Shown: piece after piece, positions 13,277-25,231 of the stretch
Layout: each line of letters begins with the position of its first letter
How positions within the stretch are numbered: position 1 is the stretch's first letter
DNA from: Atractiella rhizophila
Lineage: Eukaryota
Direction: 5' to 3'
Assembly: GCA_021432655.1 (NCBI GenBank)
Contig: MU271636.1
Location: 4,316 to 36,842, forward strand
Length of the DNA: 32,527 nucleotides
The notes under the pieces: generated by a model
The model's database searches: none
Told to the model about the DNA's origin: nothing
The model's input: the letters and a program-made list of their open reading frames with translations, nothing else
Position numbers and translations under genes: made by a program

Positions 13277-15521
13277 GCCCGCCAACCGCCTACACGTTTT
13301 TATGTACTTTTCTTGATGAGTTGAATGGATATCACAATCTAGAAAAGAACCTCTTTCCATGGCATTCGGACAGACGTCTTGCGTAATAAATGACATGTTG
13401 GCGAAGGGGACAGCGGAGATTTGCGTTGCGAGATAAAAGCTCGTACTTGTTGATACCACATCAAACATCACTCCCGCCTCAAGTAGGTCGTTTCCTTCTG
13501 GTTTTTTATCTTGACGTGATTTGCTGAAATCTGCTTATTCCATTGGTAATCTCGTTGGACCATATCGAGCTCAGTTTCTGGCCGTGCGCAAGCTTGAAGA
13601 AAGACTATTGACCGATTCTTAGATTTCGTTGATGGGAGTTTCTTGCCAAGAGGGTCACAGAGGCTTGAGTGTAGACAATGTCCTTCTTGAACCCCGACCT
13701 CGAGACACCTTCTTAGACGCAGGCAGCACCGCGGATTGAACTTGCCTGTTCTTTGACCTTTCTCTGCTGAGGCCGTCGTCTTAGCGAGGGTTGACCGCAT
13801 CAGTTGTTGCCCCCATCCCTAGTGAGTTTGTAGAAATGATTGGCTCTTCGTAAAAGATGGGAAATAATCCTTCACTTCTCACAATGGGCAATGTCGCGTT
13901 GGGGCCAACCCTCCATAAATTGTGCACCGCCTTCTCGGTCTTTTCTCGTATTTTCAGAAAAAAGCCTGCAAATGCAGTGAAAGCTGAAGCGAGCGAACTG
14001 AAGGCACGTTTCAGGAAAGAGCGTATGGAGCGGGTCGTTTATCGTAACTATCTTATTTCATCCACATTCAGCCAGTCAGCTTTCAAATTTGTCAGTCGCG
14101 ATCAGGATCCCATTCAATTGGCAGGGTACCTATCTTCCGCTGCTTCATCCTTTCTCGCAAGAGAATGAGGTTCTAGCCCTTCACTCAGAATATCCTTCTG
14201 AAGGAAGATTTGAATCCTTCATGCTGGCATGCTTGATGCCATCCAGGCCACTTGTCGGAGTCAAGGCTGATGAACACAACGGTCTCGTGTACCAGCCTCA
14301 CGCACACAGCACCAGCAACGTTACAGTGTACAGAATATCACCTCCGCTTTTTCTTCGTAATTTCAGAGTTAGAAAGTTGAACTAATGAGAAGCTTCAAAG
14401 CGATGTGTCTGGAACGTCCAAATCGTGTTGATCAGCATGGAGGAATCTCATCTCATTCTCAATTTGCAAGGTGGTCTAACACAGTTTGTTTAACTAGACG
14501 CTTTCAGCTTTCGCTCCACCGTGACCATGGAGTTTAATTGATCTTTGAAATCCTCATATCCTGTTCGGTTGGATATGTAGGACGCGTTTGGGACAATACA
14601 CAGAGCCAGTCCTTTTCATAACAGCAAATGTACCAACCCTCAGAAGTCGTATCGGCGCCAGTAGAAGTGTATCCTGCTTATTCTGCACTACTCAAATTTC
14701 TTGAGAGACTGTGACGAACCAAGACCCAAGATTGTTTCACTCGCACGCGGGGATGTGCTTGATAGATCCCGTCGTCGTATTTTCGACCTTCACTGTACGC
14801 TCACAGGACTATCCTCCTACCCTGAAGCAAGAAATCAATCAAGCATCTGTGCTTTGTTGTGTATGTATCCTGGTCCCTCTTTTGCTAAATCCTCACGACA
14901 ATGCTCAAAAGTCCACCTCCCATCTGCCAGAGATCTATATTCCATGTTCGCTTGCAGAACGTCCTCGATTAGGAGACATTACTTACCGGGTAAGCTTGTT
15001 TCATTCTCGTGTTGGAAATTTGGACTCATGGATGGGTCACGGAAACGTATGCGCCTCCTCCTCCTCTCGTTATTACAGTGTTCGACCCGTCATATTTTTG
15101 ATCGCGTTACCTTTTTACTCAGCTCAAGTGTTAAAAGGCGAACCAACCTGATCTCGCGCTGTAGGTACTGTATTTCCTTATATCACAGGTTCTCGTTTGT
15201 GATTTCGTGCTAGCAGCCTTCGCACCATTTACATATCCATCAGTTACAGTTATATAATCCTACGACTGCTTAATACTAAAGCTACCGAACACTAACGAGA
15301 TGCAAATTCCATCCAAGTTACTCCTGCCACGAGACGACTCTTACCTCGATACGGCGCAATATAGCAAAGAGTCAGATGGAAACTCGCCATCCGAGGCCCT
15401 TTTGGACATATCGGAAGAATGGGATCAGGATGGATACCCTATTGTCAGCGCGAAAGAATCGGAAAAGCGATCTTCGTGGGATGGCAGCAGATTTCTCAGT
15501 CCCGCCTGGAGCACCGATCCC
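13266..15521. repeat. Tandem segmental duplication, copy B (~2.25 kb; extra ~170 bp at ~13622-13793)
   Basis: Collinear with copy A; continues into the intact Gly-rich gene. Confidence 0.95.
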
Positions 15522-16617
15522 GTTTCGAGACTTTCGTCAGCTCGCGGATCTGGGAGCGGAGGGAAGGGAGGCGGGAAAGGTGGTGGAGGTGGGAAAGGGG
15601 GTGGTGGGAAAGGTGGGGGTGGGAAAGGAGGAGGAGGAGGAGGACAGCCGAAGGTTTCTTCGGCGGGATCGTTCGCTAAACCCGGTTCTTCTCGTGGATT
15701 AAAAGGATTATTTGGAAAGGGTAGGTTTTTCTTTACCTCACGTATCACATCTTGTTGATTTTATTTTATACAGGCTCTTCCACCTCTTCAAGGACTCTAG
15801 GAGGAAGCAAGCCGCGTCCCATCCCAGCCGGCTACCCTTTCGTCTGTCGCCCGTCGCTGCCTGGTTGACTCCCACTGACATCGTCCCTTGCAGGCAGAAC
15901 GCACCTACGGCGGTGGCTACCGTTCCAACATTGTTGGGTCTTCTAACTTCGGTTCTGGTTTCCTTGTTGGTGGTGTAGTGGGCTATACAGCCGGGAGCGT
16001 GGCTGGTCGTCCCTTCTCATTTGGATACTGGCCCGTGTGTACACTTTTTTTGATCTTGAACCAAGAATAACATCAACATTTAGCTGTATTACTACCCGTA
16101 CTATTACGAGGATGACGAATACGGCCCGTCTGACAACTCCTCGCGCCCTGGGGGTGCCCAAATGCTGGCGACCTTCAACCCGCCGAACCTCCCCCTGCCC
16201 AATCCACCACAGTATGGGGTGATGGGCGACAACTCAAGCGTCGTCATCGTCATGGCTGACCTGCTTGCCGATTGTCAAGCCATCTGGATCGCCAATTCAA
16301 CGACGCCCAACCTCAACCTGACAAATGCACCAGCTGCCCGACCTGAATACGCGCTGGTGCACTATCGAGAGTCGAGCTTCGTCCTCGATGGCTACTTTCA
16401 GAAAAATGAATCCAACGCATCCAACCAAACTCTCGTGCCGCAAAACTCTACCGCAGTCTTTTTGTATGATCTGAATACGAGGAACGTGACGTTTGAAGAG
16501 TGCGTTAATCGTACCATCGCTGCTAACCTTCCCATTTTATCTGCGGCGGGGAGGATGACACCCGGACTGTCTTTGTTGGCTCTTTGGGTCTTCGTTCTCG
16601 CACTTTTTCACGGTTGA
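15300..16617 (+). CDS. Glycine-rich, probably GPI-anchored cell-surface protein; at least 4 exons, 5' end uncertain
   Basis: (GGGK)n tract, then via three GT-AG introns PIPAGYPF|AERTYGGGYRSNIVGSSNFGSG...GRPFSFGYWP|LYYYPYYYEDDEYGPSDNSSRPGG...YRESSFVL...FEECVNRTIAANLPIL. Several N-x-S/T sites. C-terminal small residues plus hydrophobic tail (SAAGRMTPGLSLLALWVFVLALFHG). No signal peptide at ATG 15300, so an upstream exon may exist. Confidence 0.8.
15551..15643 (+). repeat. G-rich coding repeat (GGN)3-5-AAR encoding Gly-Lys repeats
   Basis: GGKGGGKGGGGGKGGGGKGGGGKGGGGGG. Confidence 0.9.
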
Positions 16618-17217
16618 GGCTAAGGCCTTTTCCCAAACCTGGCCAGCAGGATTGGTTGAAGCTGGGTTGCTGCGTGCTGGATTGAATACTTGCTGTGTGC
16701 TTCTCCTACCAATGATTGTTACATGTATTATTAGCACCATCTTGTTTTCTGCTTCCATTCTCCTATCTCAGCGATAGCGGTTGTTGTGTTAATAATGCTT
16801 TACTACGAGCCATCTTTCCCCTTGTTTCTGCTGTCTTTCTCTCTTAGTCAATCTCATCAACGGGTTAGACTGAGGGTTGTTGCGTAAATTAGAGTCCTTG
16901 AAATTCACTCCTTCATTTAGCAGATCCTGATAACCTCGCAACTAGCTATTGTGACAACGCAAGGCATATAAGAATTGAATCTTAATTTGATTAAGAAGGC
17001 AAATAACGAAATAACTTGACATGAGACTTAGATAGCGTATTTAGTACATGTATAACATAATTTTTCACTTCAACTTCAAGCAGAACTCATCATTCTTGAT
17101 ACCATCCAGACAAATCACGTAAGCCACCAAATGCAAAATGCAACGAATTCATCGATAGATATATCGACCGTCCAAGAAACGACCACAACGACAACTAACC
17201 AAGCAGCAACGAACCAC

Positions 17218-18051
17218 TCAATAATCCAACACCGAACACTTCAATCCCTCTCCAGCCACAGAGCCCACAGGCGGCCAACTTCTCCTTCCTCCCTCAGTAG
17301 TTGAGGGACCAGCAGTCATCCATTCGCTCGTCAACTCTCCCATCTTCCTTGTTCCGTCCATCCCCTTCTCATGAACCATCTTCCACTCGAACCGATCCCT
17401 CCTCTTCCTTCCCTGCCCGTGGCTCTGGAAGCTGGAGTGGGATCGGGAGCGGTTTATATTGATACCGACCGCCATCGAAGGAAGTGGCATGTTTCGAAGA
17501 GGAGGAGTTCTGAGCAACGACGGCGGCGGAACTGCCTCGACGTTTACGTTTAAGTTTTCCGCGTTCTCAATCGAATTCGAATGGGACCAGCTCGAGGAAA
17601 GAGCGCGTGGATAGGAATTGTATGAGAGCGTGCGCGCCTTCTTCGCCTTCGCCTGTGAAGGAGAGGGGGGCGTCGTCGTCTCGTTCGACTTGTTAGGACG
17701 CGACGGGGCGCCTAGGTTGTGGCGTTGGAGTTGGAAGAGATTCGGGTGGAGGGTGTCGAGGGAAGAGCGGCGCGGTGTTTGCGTTTGGGATTGGGGTGGG
17801 ATTGGAATCGAGAGCTCAGGTGTCGGTGGGGAGAATATGGACACTGATTGACGCGTGAATAGTCAGTGGAGGCGGAAGATAGAAGAGGATGGATGCTTGC
17901 CTTGTTCGATTTCGAGTTCGAGGTCTTCCTCTTCTGTCCACTCGATCGATCTCTTTCTTCCTCTCTTCATCTCTGTAGCATCCATCTTCGTCTTCACTGT
18001 GTAATGCCTGTTGACTGTTGGCGTGGATGATTCGCTTGTTGGAGTCTGCAT
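17218..18051 (-). CDS. Hypothetical disordered Ser/Pro/Arg-rich protein; 2 exons joined by a GC-AG intron
   Basis: ORF 17863-18051 (MQTPT...KRGRKRSIEWTEEEDLELEIEQ) joins ORF 17218-17844 in frame through intron 17844-17900 (G|GCAAGC...CTGAC...TCAG|TG). Confidence 0.65.
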
Positions 18052-18215
18052 GTCTACAGTGTTCTGCTGGAGGATATGCTTGAGATAGGTGGGCTGATGT
18101 GATGGACGGACGGATTATAAAGACAGGCTGAGCAGTGTAAATATAAAAGGGAAGGACAAGGCCCAAACGACAAGGGAGCAAGTCATCAAAGGAAAAGGCA
18201 AAGGAAGATCGCGAC

Positions 18216-18273
18216 ACGCGTCCTCACTGACTCTATCAAACTCTATTCTACGCGTTTAACCCTATTCACGCGT
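18216..18273. promoter_or_regulatory. Cluster of three ACGCGT (MCB-like, MluI cell-cycle box) elements in a divergent promoter
   Basis: ACGCGT at 18216-18221, 18250-18255 and 18268-18273; a fourth at 17851-17856 in the intron of the left gene. Confidence 0.6.
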
Positions 18274-18439
18274 TTGGTTCATTCATGCGACTCCCAATTT
18301 GAATTTGGACCGACGTCATTTCTGCTTTCCAATTCACAGCAAGACCAGAAGAACTGCATCATCAGGGATAGCTACAGTATCAGGGAAAGGCAGCGACGAG
18401 AACCTGAAAAAGAACTCAGGCAAGAAGGGGTCAGAAGAG

Positions 18440-21400
18440 ATGATGCTGCCAACCTCAAATCTGAATCGCACAGGTACGCTTCTCCTCCGGTTTCTGCAGG
18501 CAGAAAGGGATTGTGAAACTTGAGCGATGTAATTGACTATAATCACAGACTCCACGATGTCCACCTCCACTGCCGTCGAATTCGAAGACCTCTCCCTCCC
18601 ACCCTCACCCACCGCCCTCCTCCGGCCTCCACCCCTCGTCCCGCGCTTCCTACACGGTGGTCCGCCCCTCTCCGACCTCTCCTTCACGTCCCTTTCTTCT
18701 CCCGCGTCCGGCAAAGAGAACAGTTGGCGGGCGTTCTCGGATTCCGAACATGAGAGGTTGGAAGAAGCTTGGAATGGATTGACAGAGGAGCAGAGGAGGA
18801 GGGCGGAGGATGAGGGGTTTGGGAGGAAGGGGAAGGGGAAGGATAAGGACAAGGACAAGGAGAGTGGGAAGGCGAAGACGAAGGGAGATGGGGAGGTGGA
18901 GAAGAAGGAGGAGGAGGCGGATGCGAAGGATGGGGATCAGGAACCTGTCACACATCGACAGACGGGCGTCAAGGAGGAAAGTGATGAGGAGATCAAGCGG
19001 AGGGAGGAGAGCGATCTCGCCAGTCCTGGTCTGTCTTCCATTCCCTCCCTTGCATTTCCACACTTCCACATGTTTCGCTGACATATGTTGCTACCCAAAA
19101 GATGACCCACCTCAACCCCACCTCGTACCTGTTGGCCTAGACTCCCTCTTCACCGTCGACCTCCTCGACCTCGCTCTCTTCCCCGTCTTCTGGAAAGGGC
19201 AACATGTCCGAGTCCACCGTGGCACCTGGTTCTATCCAACCACGTCAGGTGCGTCCTGGGTCCTCTCGTTATGTATAGATTATGAATGTGGACTTATGGG
19301 CGGATGAAAAGGAACAAAGTTCTACCCGGTCGATACGGCACTCTCACGCGCCTTGGACGCCGCTTACGACCAAATTAAACCGTGGCAATCCTCATATGGC
19401 GACGAGTTGGCTTCGTGCGTCCCCCTCACTTCTTCCTTGCCAAGAAAGATGAGTTGTGGAACTGATGGTTGGAAGGAAGGGCGTTAGAACTTGGAGATGA
19501 GGCAGAAGAGAAGTTAAAGGTTACAATTGAGGGATCAGGGGTCCAAGTTATCTTTCAGGGTTCGTTCTCATCTCATCTCCTTCCTGCTCCCTCTTCCTCT
19601 TACATGCTCGTATGAATGACGGACTAATGGAACGTAATACCTGGGACAGGAGCGGACTCGGCACGATTATTTTCTTCCTCGTACACGGCCAAACTGGCAA
19701 AGTCACTCTTCACCACTCTTTGGGGTGGCTCCTGTCAGTCACCCCTTTTCTCTCATCCCACACGTTGCCTGTGATACTTATAGCCCGGTTACAGCCGGTA
19801 AACACCCAGGACACCAATCAGGTACACTAGTCGTGAGGGGATATGACAATGCGAAAGCCTATCGAGACCGGAGGCTGCAGTATGGGAATAATCTCTCGCA
19901 GTTGAGGAACGACATCTTGGCCACCGCCGCTGGTTCGAGCGAGTCCGACTCCGACTCCGAGAACGATGGCTCTCATCCACATTCGCGTTCTCGAGCGAAA
20001 AGTCGGACGGGGTCAGGAACCGCGAAAGCGCGGAGACATTCCACAACTTCTGTAGCTTCGTCGACGACAACGCGGCTGGAGGAACCGGTGGGGAGTTCGC
20101 TTTGGAGCGCGCTGGGGAGTTTGGGCAGAAGGGCGGGGAAGGATGTGGAGAGGGTTAAGGAGAAGGGAGGGTGAAGGGGAAGAGGAGAGAGAAGGAGAGG
20201 AATACGACAGAGGAGGCGATGAGGGGGAGCGCGAGGGGTGAGGAGAGCAAGGGGGAGGTGGATGAATTGGTGCTTGTGGTTCATGGGATTGGACAGCGGG
20301 TTCGTCTATTTTTTTCACTTTTCTGTCCTTTCTTTGGAGGAACGGTTCACTGTTATGGTGTGACTGACTTTGAGACGCGGGATGCAGATAGCGAGATACT
20401 ACGAATCCTTCTCTTTCGTTCACGCCGTGAATCAGCTCCGTACACTCTGTGATCAACAGAGCAAGGATCCGACTATCGAGCAAATCTTGAAGGGGAGAAG
20501 AATCCAGTTTATTCCTCTTCTTTGGAGGGTGAATTTGGACTTTGAAAGTGATATCAACGAGAGCGAGGATTCAAGGGATGAGAATTTGGGGAATCGGTTT
20601 CGGTTGGAGGATATCGAGATTAAGGGAACGATACCGTTTGTGAGGCAGGTTGTGGGACAGATCGTGATGGACGTTCCGTTTTATCTCAGGTTCAGTCTCT
20701 CACCTTCCTCTAAAGTAGAGCGGCAGCTTGACGGTATGGACAGTCATCATAAAGACCGCATGATCAAAGCTCTTGTCAAAGATGCGAATCGAGTCTACCG
20801 TCTCTTCTGTCAGCGTAATCCGTACTTCGTCCAAAAGGGACGCGTCTCGATCATTGCCCACTCCCTTGGTTCAGCGTTGGCCACTGACATCCTCTCCATC
20901 CAACCAACATGGGTTCCCCAGTTGGACAAGATGACAGAACAGGAATTACGAACCGAAAAGACGTTTGTCTTCAACGTCCACAACCTCTTCTTCCTAGGTA
21001 GTCCCGTCGGCTTCTTCTTCCACATGCACAGGACCCAGTTGATCGCACGGAGAGGGAGGAAGAGGACAAAGGACGTGCCTAAGGATGTGGCGCTCGATCG
21101 CGCTGGCAGGTACGGCTGTCTGGCCATAGACACTTTGTTCGTCGCTTCCTTTCCTCCTAATACTCAGGATTGGAAACGATTGTGACGCGACGTTATTGAT
21201 AGGTATAATGTATACTCCGAGACGGATCCCATCGCTTATTGTCTCAACGCAACCGTTGATTCACGATATGCAAGTCTCATTCAACCCATAGCGATACCAT
21301 CGACCAATCAGTCTCTCCTCCAATCTATTAGCTCGAGCTTATCAAAAGTTCTGGAGGTGTCCAAGTTGTGGGGAGGAGGAGATGAAGAACAGAAGGAAGA

Positions 21401-21878
21401 GAAGGAGAAGGCAGAACGAAAACCGATACGACCGATGCCAAAACGATTGCCTACGGAAATTCTGACGAATAATGATATGAGCGAGGAGGAGTTGAAGAGC
21501 TTGAAGAGAGCGGAACGGAGGTTCTGGGCTCTCAATCCCCAGGGATGCATGTCCGTTTTGACCCTTTCTGAAAGAACCTCTAACATTGAACACAACAAGT
21601 AGTGACTTTGTTTTTCCTCAAGAAGGTACATTTCCTTGGATCTCAAGTCGCGCTCGCTGACAATGTTTCAATGAAGGAATGAATCAGTACCTCGAGATGC
21701 TCTCCAGTCACGCGGCGTATTGGGTATGTCCTTCAATAAACGATTTCAGTGTTTTCGTACTTACATCACCCAAATACCCAAGACGGACCCAAGGTTCTCG
21801 ACCTTTATCCTAACGCAAGTGTTCGCAGATGACGAAGACCTTTCACGGAGCGGAAGAGAACTCCTGGGCAAAGCTTGA
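18440..21878 (+). CDS. DDL1: DDHD-domain phospholipase A1 (Ddl1/YOR022C-like), multi-exon; apparent frameshift at ~20165
   Basis: WRAFSDSEHERLEEAW, VPVGLDSLFTVDL...PVFW...VHRGTWF, GTLVVRGY, LVLVVHGIGQ, RIQFIPLLWR, DVPFYL, lipase motif IIAHSLGS, LFFLGSPVGFF, DPIAY, NPQGCIDF, HAAYW. TGA at 21878. Start is 18440 or 18557. Confidence 0.9.
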
Positions 21879-23283
21879 TGACCGTGCTCTGTCTTCGAGC
21901 TGATACCCTGCATCAAAGGAAGTGGATGAAACCACGCATAAGGACAATAATACAAGGCATTTAGATGTTAGAAAATCACAATGGAGACGTGTAATACTAA
22001 AATGCGAATCATGATTCAAAAGGTTTGCCGCGAACTTCATTGGTCGGAGGCACCCTTCCATTTTTTCGGTTCCCTTCGTCCCATGATCTTTCTCGACGCT
22101 TTTAATCCACAATCGGCATTTGTTTATAAAGGCTGCAAATAATCAACTACCCAGTCAGAGGACGATTTGGGTATCTGACAGGTTCTGGCAATTGGTGCTG
22201 GATGGAGACGTACTTCAGCTTCCAATTTATGGACTCGGGGTCATTTGAGCAATGTTGTCGGTTCTTATCCCTATAACATGTGTGTGGGGAGTTCCCGAGG
22301 GAAGAGGGAAAACCGTCTCAGGGCTGCAGTGATCTAATGATCCTTGGTTATTGCGCAAGGCACTCACCGACCAAAGCGCTCAATTCGAAAACCGACCTCA
22401 TAGTATGTAAAAATGTCCTCTTCGATGCTTTCGTTGATATGTGATTTCTTTCGTTATAGCCTTTTCCAAAATAATCGAGATGGCTAGCCTAAATGGAGGG
22501 AGAGGAAGGACGACCACCTGTACTTCAATCTGCTAACGGCGGGAGCGCTGGGGGACAAAATGGATAGCAATGATCAGGAGCGACTCGACGTATTAAAGCC
22601 GAGCATCCTCTTCCGGTGAACCAGACCTTAATACCTACCAGAATATTGGTCCAAACGTATATCGGGTCATAATCTATCGTGAGAACAGCAACGGCCTCCC
22701 AGATCGACTGTATGCTTTTTCTATTTGGATTATCGGAGTGGATCGCGGGAGCCAGCTCAGCCCATCATTGAGATCCCGATGAAGCTGATGACAGTTCTGG
22801 GCTCCTTGGTCTGTTGGCACGAAGATATAGATGGTATTCATGGCAAGTTTCTTTCCTTACGCTTGCGGCATTCACTGAGAGTGTGTAACTAGATGCGTAG
22901 CCGTATCTGCAAAACGGCTTCTCAAGGTAATCCAAATTCAATGGCGCGCTCCACCATGCGAAGATTCCAACGGGTCCGTCTTAGCTCTTTGCCTTGAATA
23001 TTGGTCTGTCTTCAAACAATTCGCTTGATTTTTTTCAGCCTGTTCTTTTCGCTCCATTTCACATAATGCAGCCAGAATTGGGTCACATTCGGATCGCCCC
23101 CCAGAATCTTAGTTGCAATCAGTCACATCAGGCAACTGGTCGAGTGAGCAGGTTAGATCAGATGGGAAGACGACATCCATTAGAACCATAAATGGAACAG
23201 ATTCCAAAGCACAAAACAGAAGATTCGTTGTCCATTCCAAGATATCATCCATTTAAACCCAAAAATCGCGATTTTGCTTTCCT

Positions 23284-24801
23284 TTAAGCTCGTTGATGAT
23301 CTTTGTTTTCAGCCACTTTGAAACTGCTAGCATTCATTCCTGTCAATACATCCCGTGGTAATTTCGCCCCTTTCTTGACATTGAGCACCGGATCTAGCTC
23401 TGCCAGATCAAACTGTCCATCCAGAGAAAGGGCAGCGATTGAGAGATACGTGTGGTAGACATCTGGAAAAGGAATGTCAGTATCACTATCACGTTGGAAG
23501 AAGGAAGATAATGTGAACGTGCCGGGTAACTCTCCAGGTCCTTTCGCCACTCCTCCGATCTTTGAATGTTGACAATCGAGTAACCAACGGGTATGATTAT
23601 CTGACCCAATCAATCCCATCCTCTTCTTTCCCTTAACAGCTCCGCCAGCGGATGAATTGATATCAATTTCGAGAAACGATGCGAGTATGGAGAGAGCAGC
23701 AGTGACCCAAAAGGAGTAACAGGCGTCAGGATCCTTGTTCACCCTTCCTTGAAAACCATCCTTTCCCTGGGTGTTTGATTGTGAGGGAGGAACCGATTCG
23801 GAAGGTGAAGGAGACGGCGAAGATTCATCGATGTAGGTGACTTGCCGTTGCACCAACCAGCGTAACGTGTTTTCTGGGCACGGGAGTCGGTGTAGGGAGG
23901 AAAGGATGCTGAGTGCCGCGAGGCAGCAGTAGGTGTATCCGCCTTCCAGCCAGAAAGCAAGATTAGGCTTGGGCAAAGAAGACGGGGAGGCATACCATGA
24001 GACTCTCCACCTGGTGACTCCCCAAAACCACCATCGTAATTCTACGCCCAGTCTTCAGTCATCAATTCTCTAGTGTCGTAGGAGGACAGCAAGGCAGGAA
24101 TAAGCTCACCCTGCAACTAAGTAGAAATTCTATCGCTTTATTCGTGTCGATTCCATCAAAGCTCCCCAGCATGGAACAGATGGCGAGGGCGGAATATGCC
24201 GTACGTGGGTCTCCCAATTCTCGCCAATGCTGGGTAGGCGGATAAGGCGAGAATCTAACATTGAACAATGCAATGGATTGAGTAATTTATGACGTAGTAG
24301 AAGAGGGAGGAACAGACGTACGACCCATCCTTTTGCTGACACGCTCCGACGAATTGAAGTAACTCTGAACGACGCAGGCGGGAGAAGTCGTCTTGGAGGA
24401 TCGAGAGGGAGAGTAAGGAGGTGTAACTCGTAATTATGTGACTGGTCGGGTATCCTATCGCGCAACGTATCAATTAGAACTCTTCGCCTCTGAACCTTTC
24501 AAGCGAACATACCTCCAGCCATAGCATCTTCAATTGACAAGCTCGTCCCCCCGGCAAACCCACCGTGAGATCCCTGTAATCTCCAAATCCACTCCCTATA
24601 TTTGTCCCTATCCTCCTCCGGGACAATACTCTCCAGCGCGCATCGATCTGAGTCTGGTTCGATTTTGAGAAGAGAGAGCGATGCGAGCGCAAAGAACGCG
24701 AGCGATTGTTGCGTCGAATCTTCAGATTGGTACGGCGAGGGGAAGAGGAGGAGACAGCGCGCTGCGAATGTTACGTGTTTGCGGGAGAAGAAGGCGTCCA
24801 T
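23284..24801 (-). CDS. CDC43: Protein geranylgeranyltransferase type I beta subunit (Cdc43/Cwg2/PGGT1B-like), 6 exons
   Basis: KHVTFAARCLLLFPSPYQSEDS..SLAFFAL, HIITSYTSLLSLSILQDDFSRL, NYDGGFGESPGGESHGGYTYC, GFQGRVNKDPDACYSFW (Zn ligands D-x-C), PDVYHTYLSIAALS (Zn His). Confidence 0.92.
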
Positions 24802-25231
24802 CGCTTGCAATAACGTACCTGGTTCGATGATTCGCAACTTGCACAATTTGGTCACCTGACTTAAAGAAGTGAATGTTTTCGATTTTCGTCATGCCTGAGA
24901 AGGAGCAGGGACTGAGGGTGAGGAGTAGAGGAGATCTTGTACATTGAGCATTGGTATTCTTTCACACGCACTTAACTCTGCTGGTACTGTGAAATAAACG
25001 GGAGTACACAGGCACCAAATGCACCATTCATCGGTTCAAGATCCTTAGAACTCGAGCCAGTCTCGAGCTCTAGTTATCAAGGACCTAAAGATGGAGAAAA
25101 CGATGAAGAAGATGGACGGAATGAGCCAAAAATGATCAAAGTGGAAGGTTGAAGATTATGAAGGCACGGAGTGTAGCAAATGATGTGTATATGTGGGTGA
25201 GGTGAGGGGATGCTGAGTCCAGGGAAAGAAA

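Noticed and set aside
11131..15521. The duplicated units as LTRs or a transposon
   Set aside because: Directly adjacent, no TG...CA ends, no target-site duplication or transposase/RT motifs, and the unit ends inside a host gene
15425..15748. Proline-rich antisense ORF (PPPPF repeats) and G-quadruplex potential
   Set aside because: Simple mirror of the Gly-Lys coding repeat
21960..23280. 1.3-kb spacer between DDHD and GGTase as a hidden gene or ncRNA
   Set aside because: Only short ORFs; no tRNA, snoRNA or repeat structure I can support
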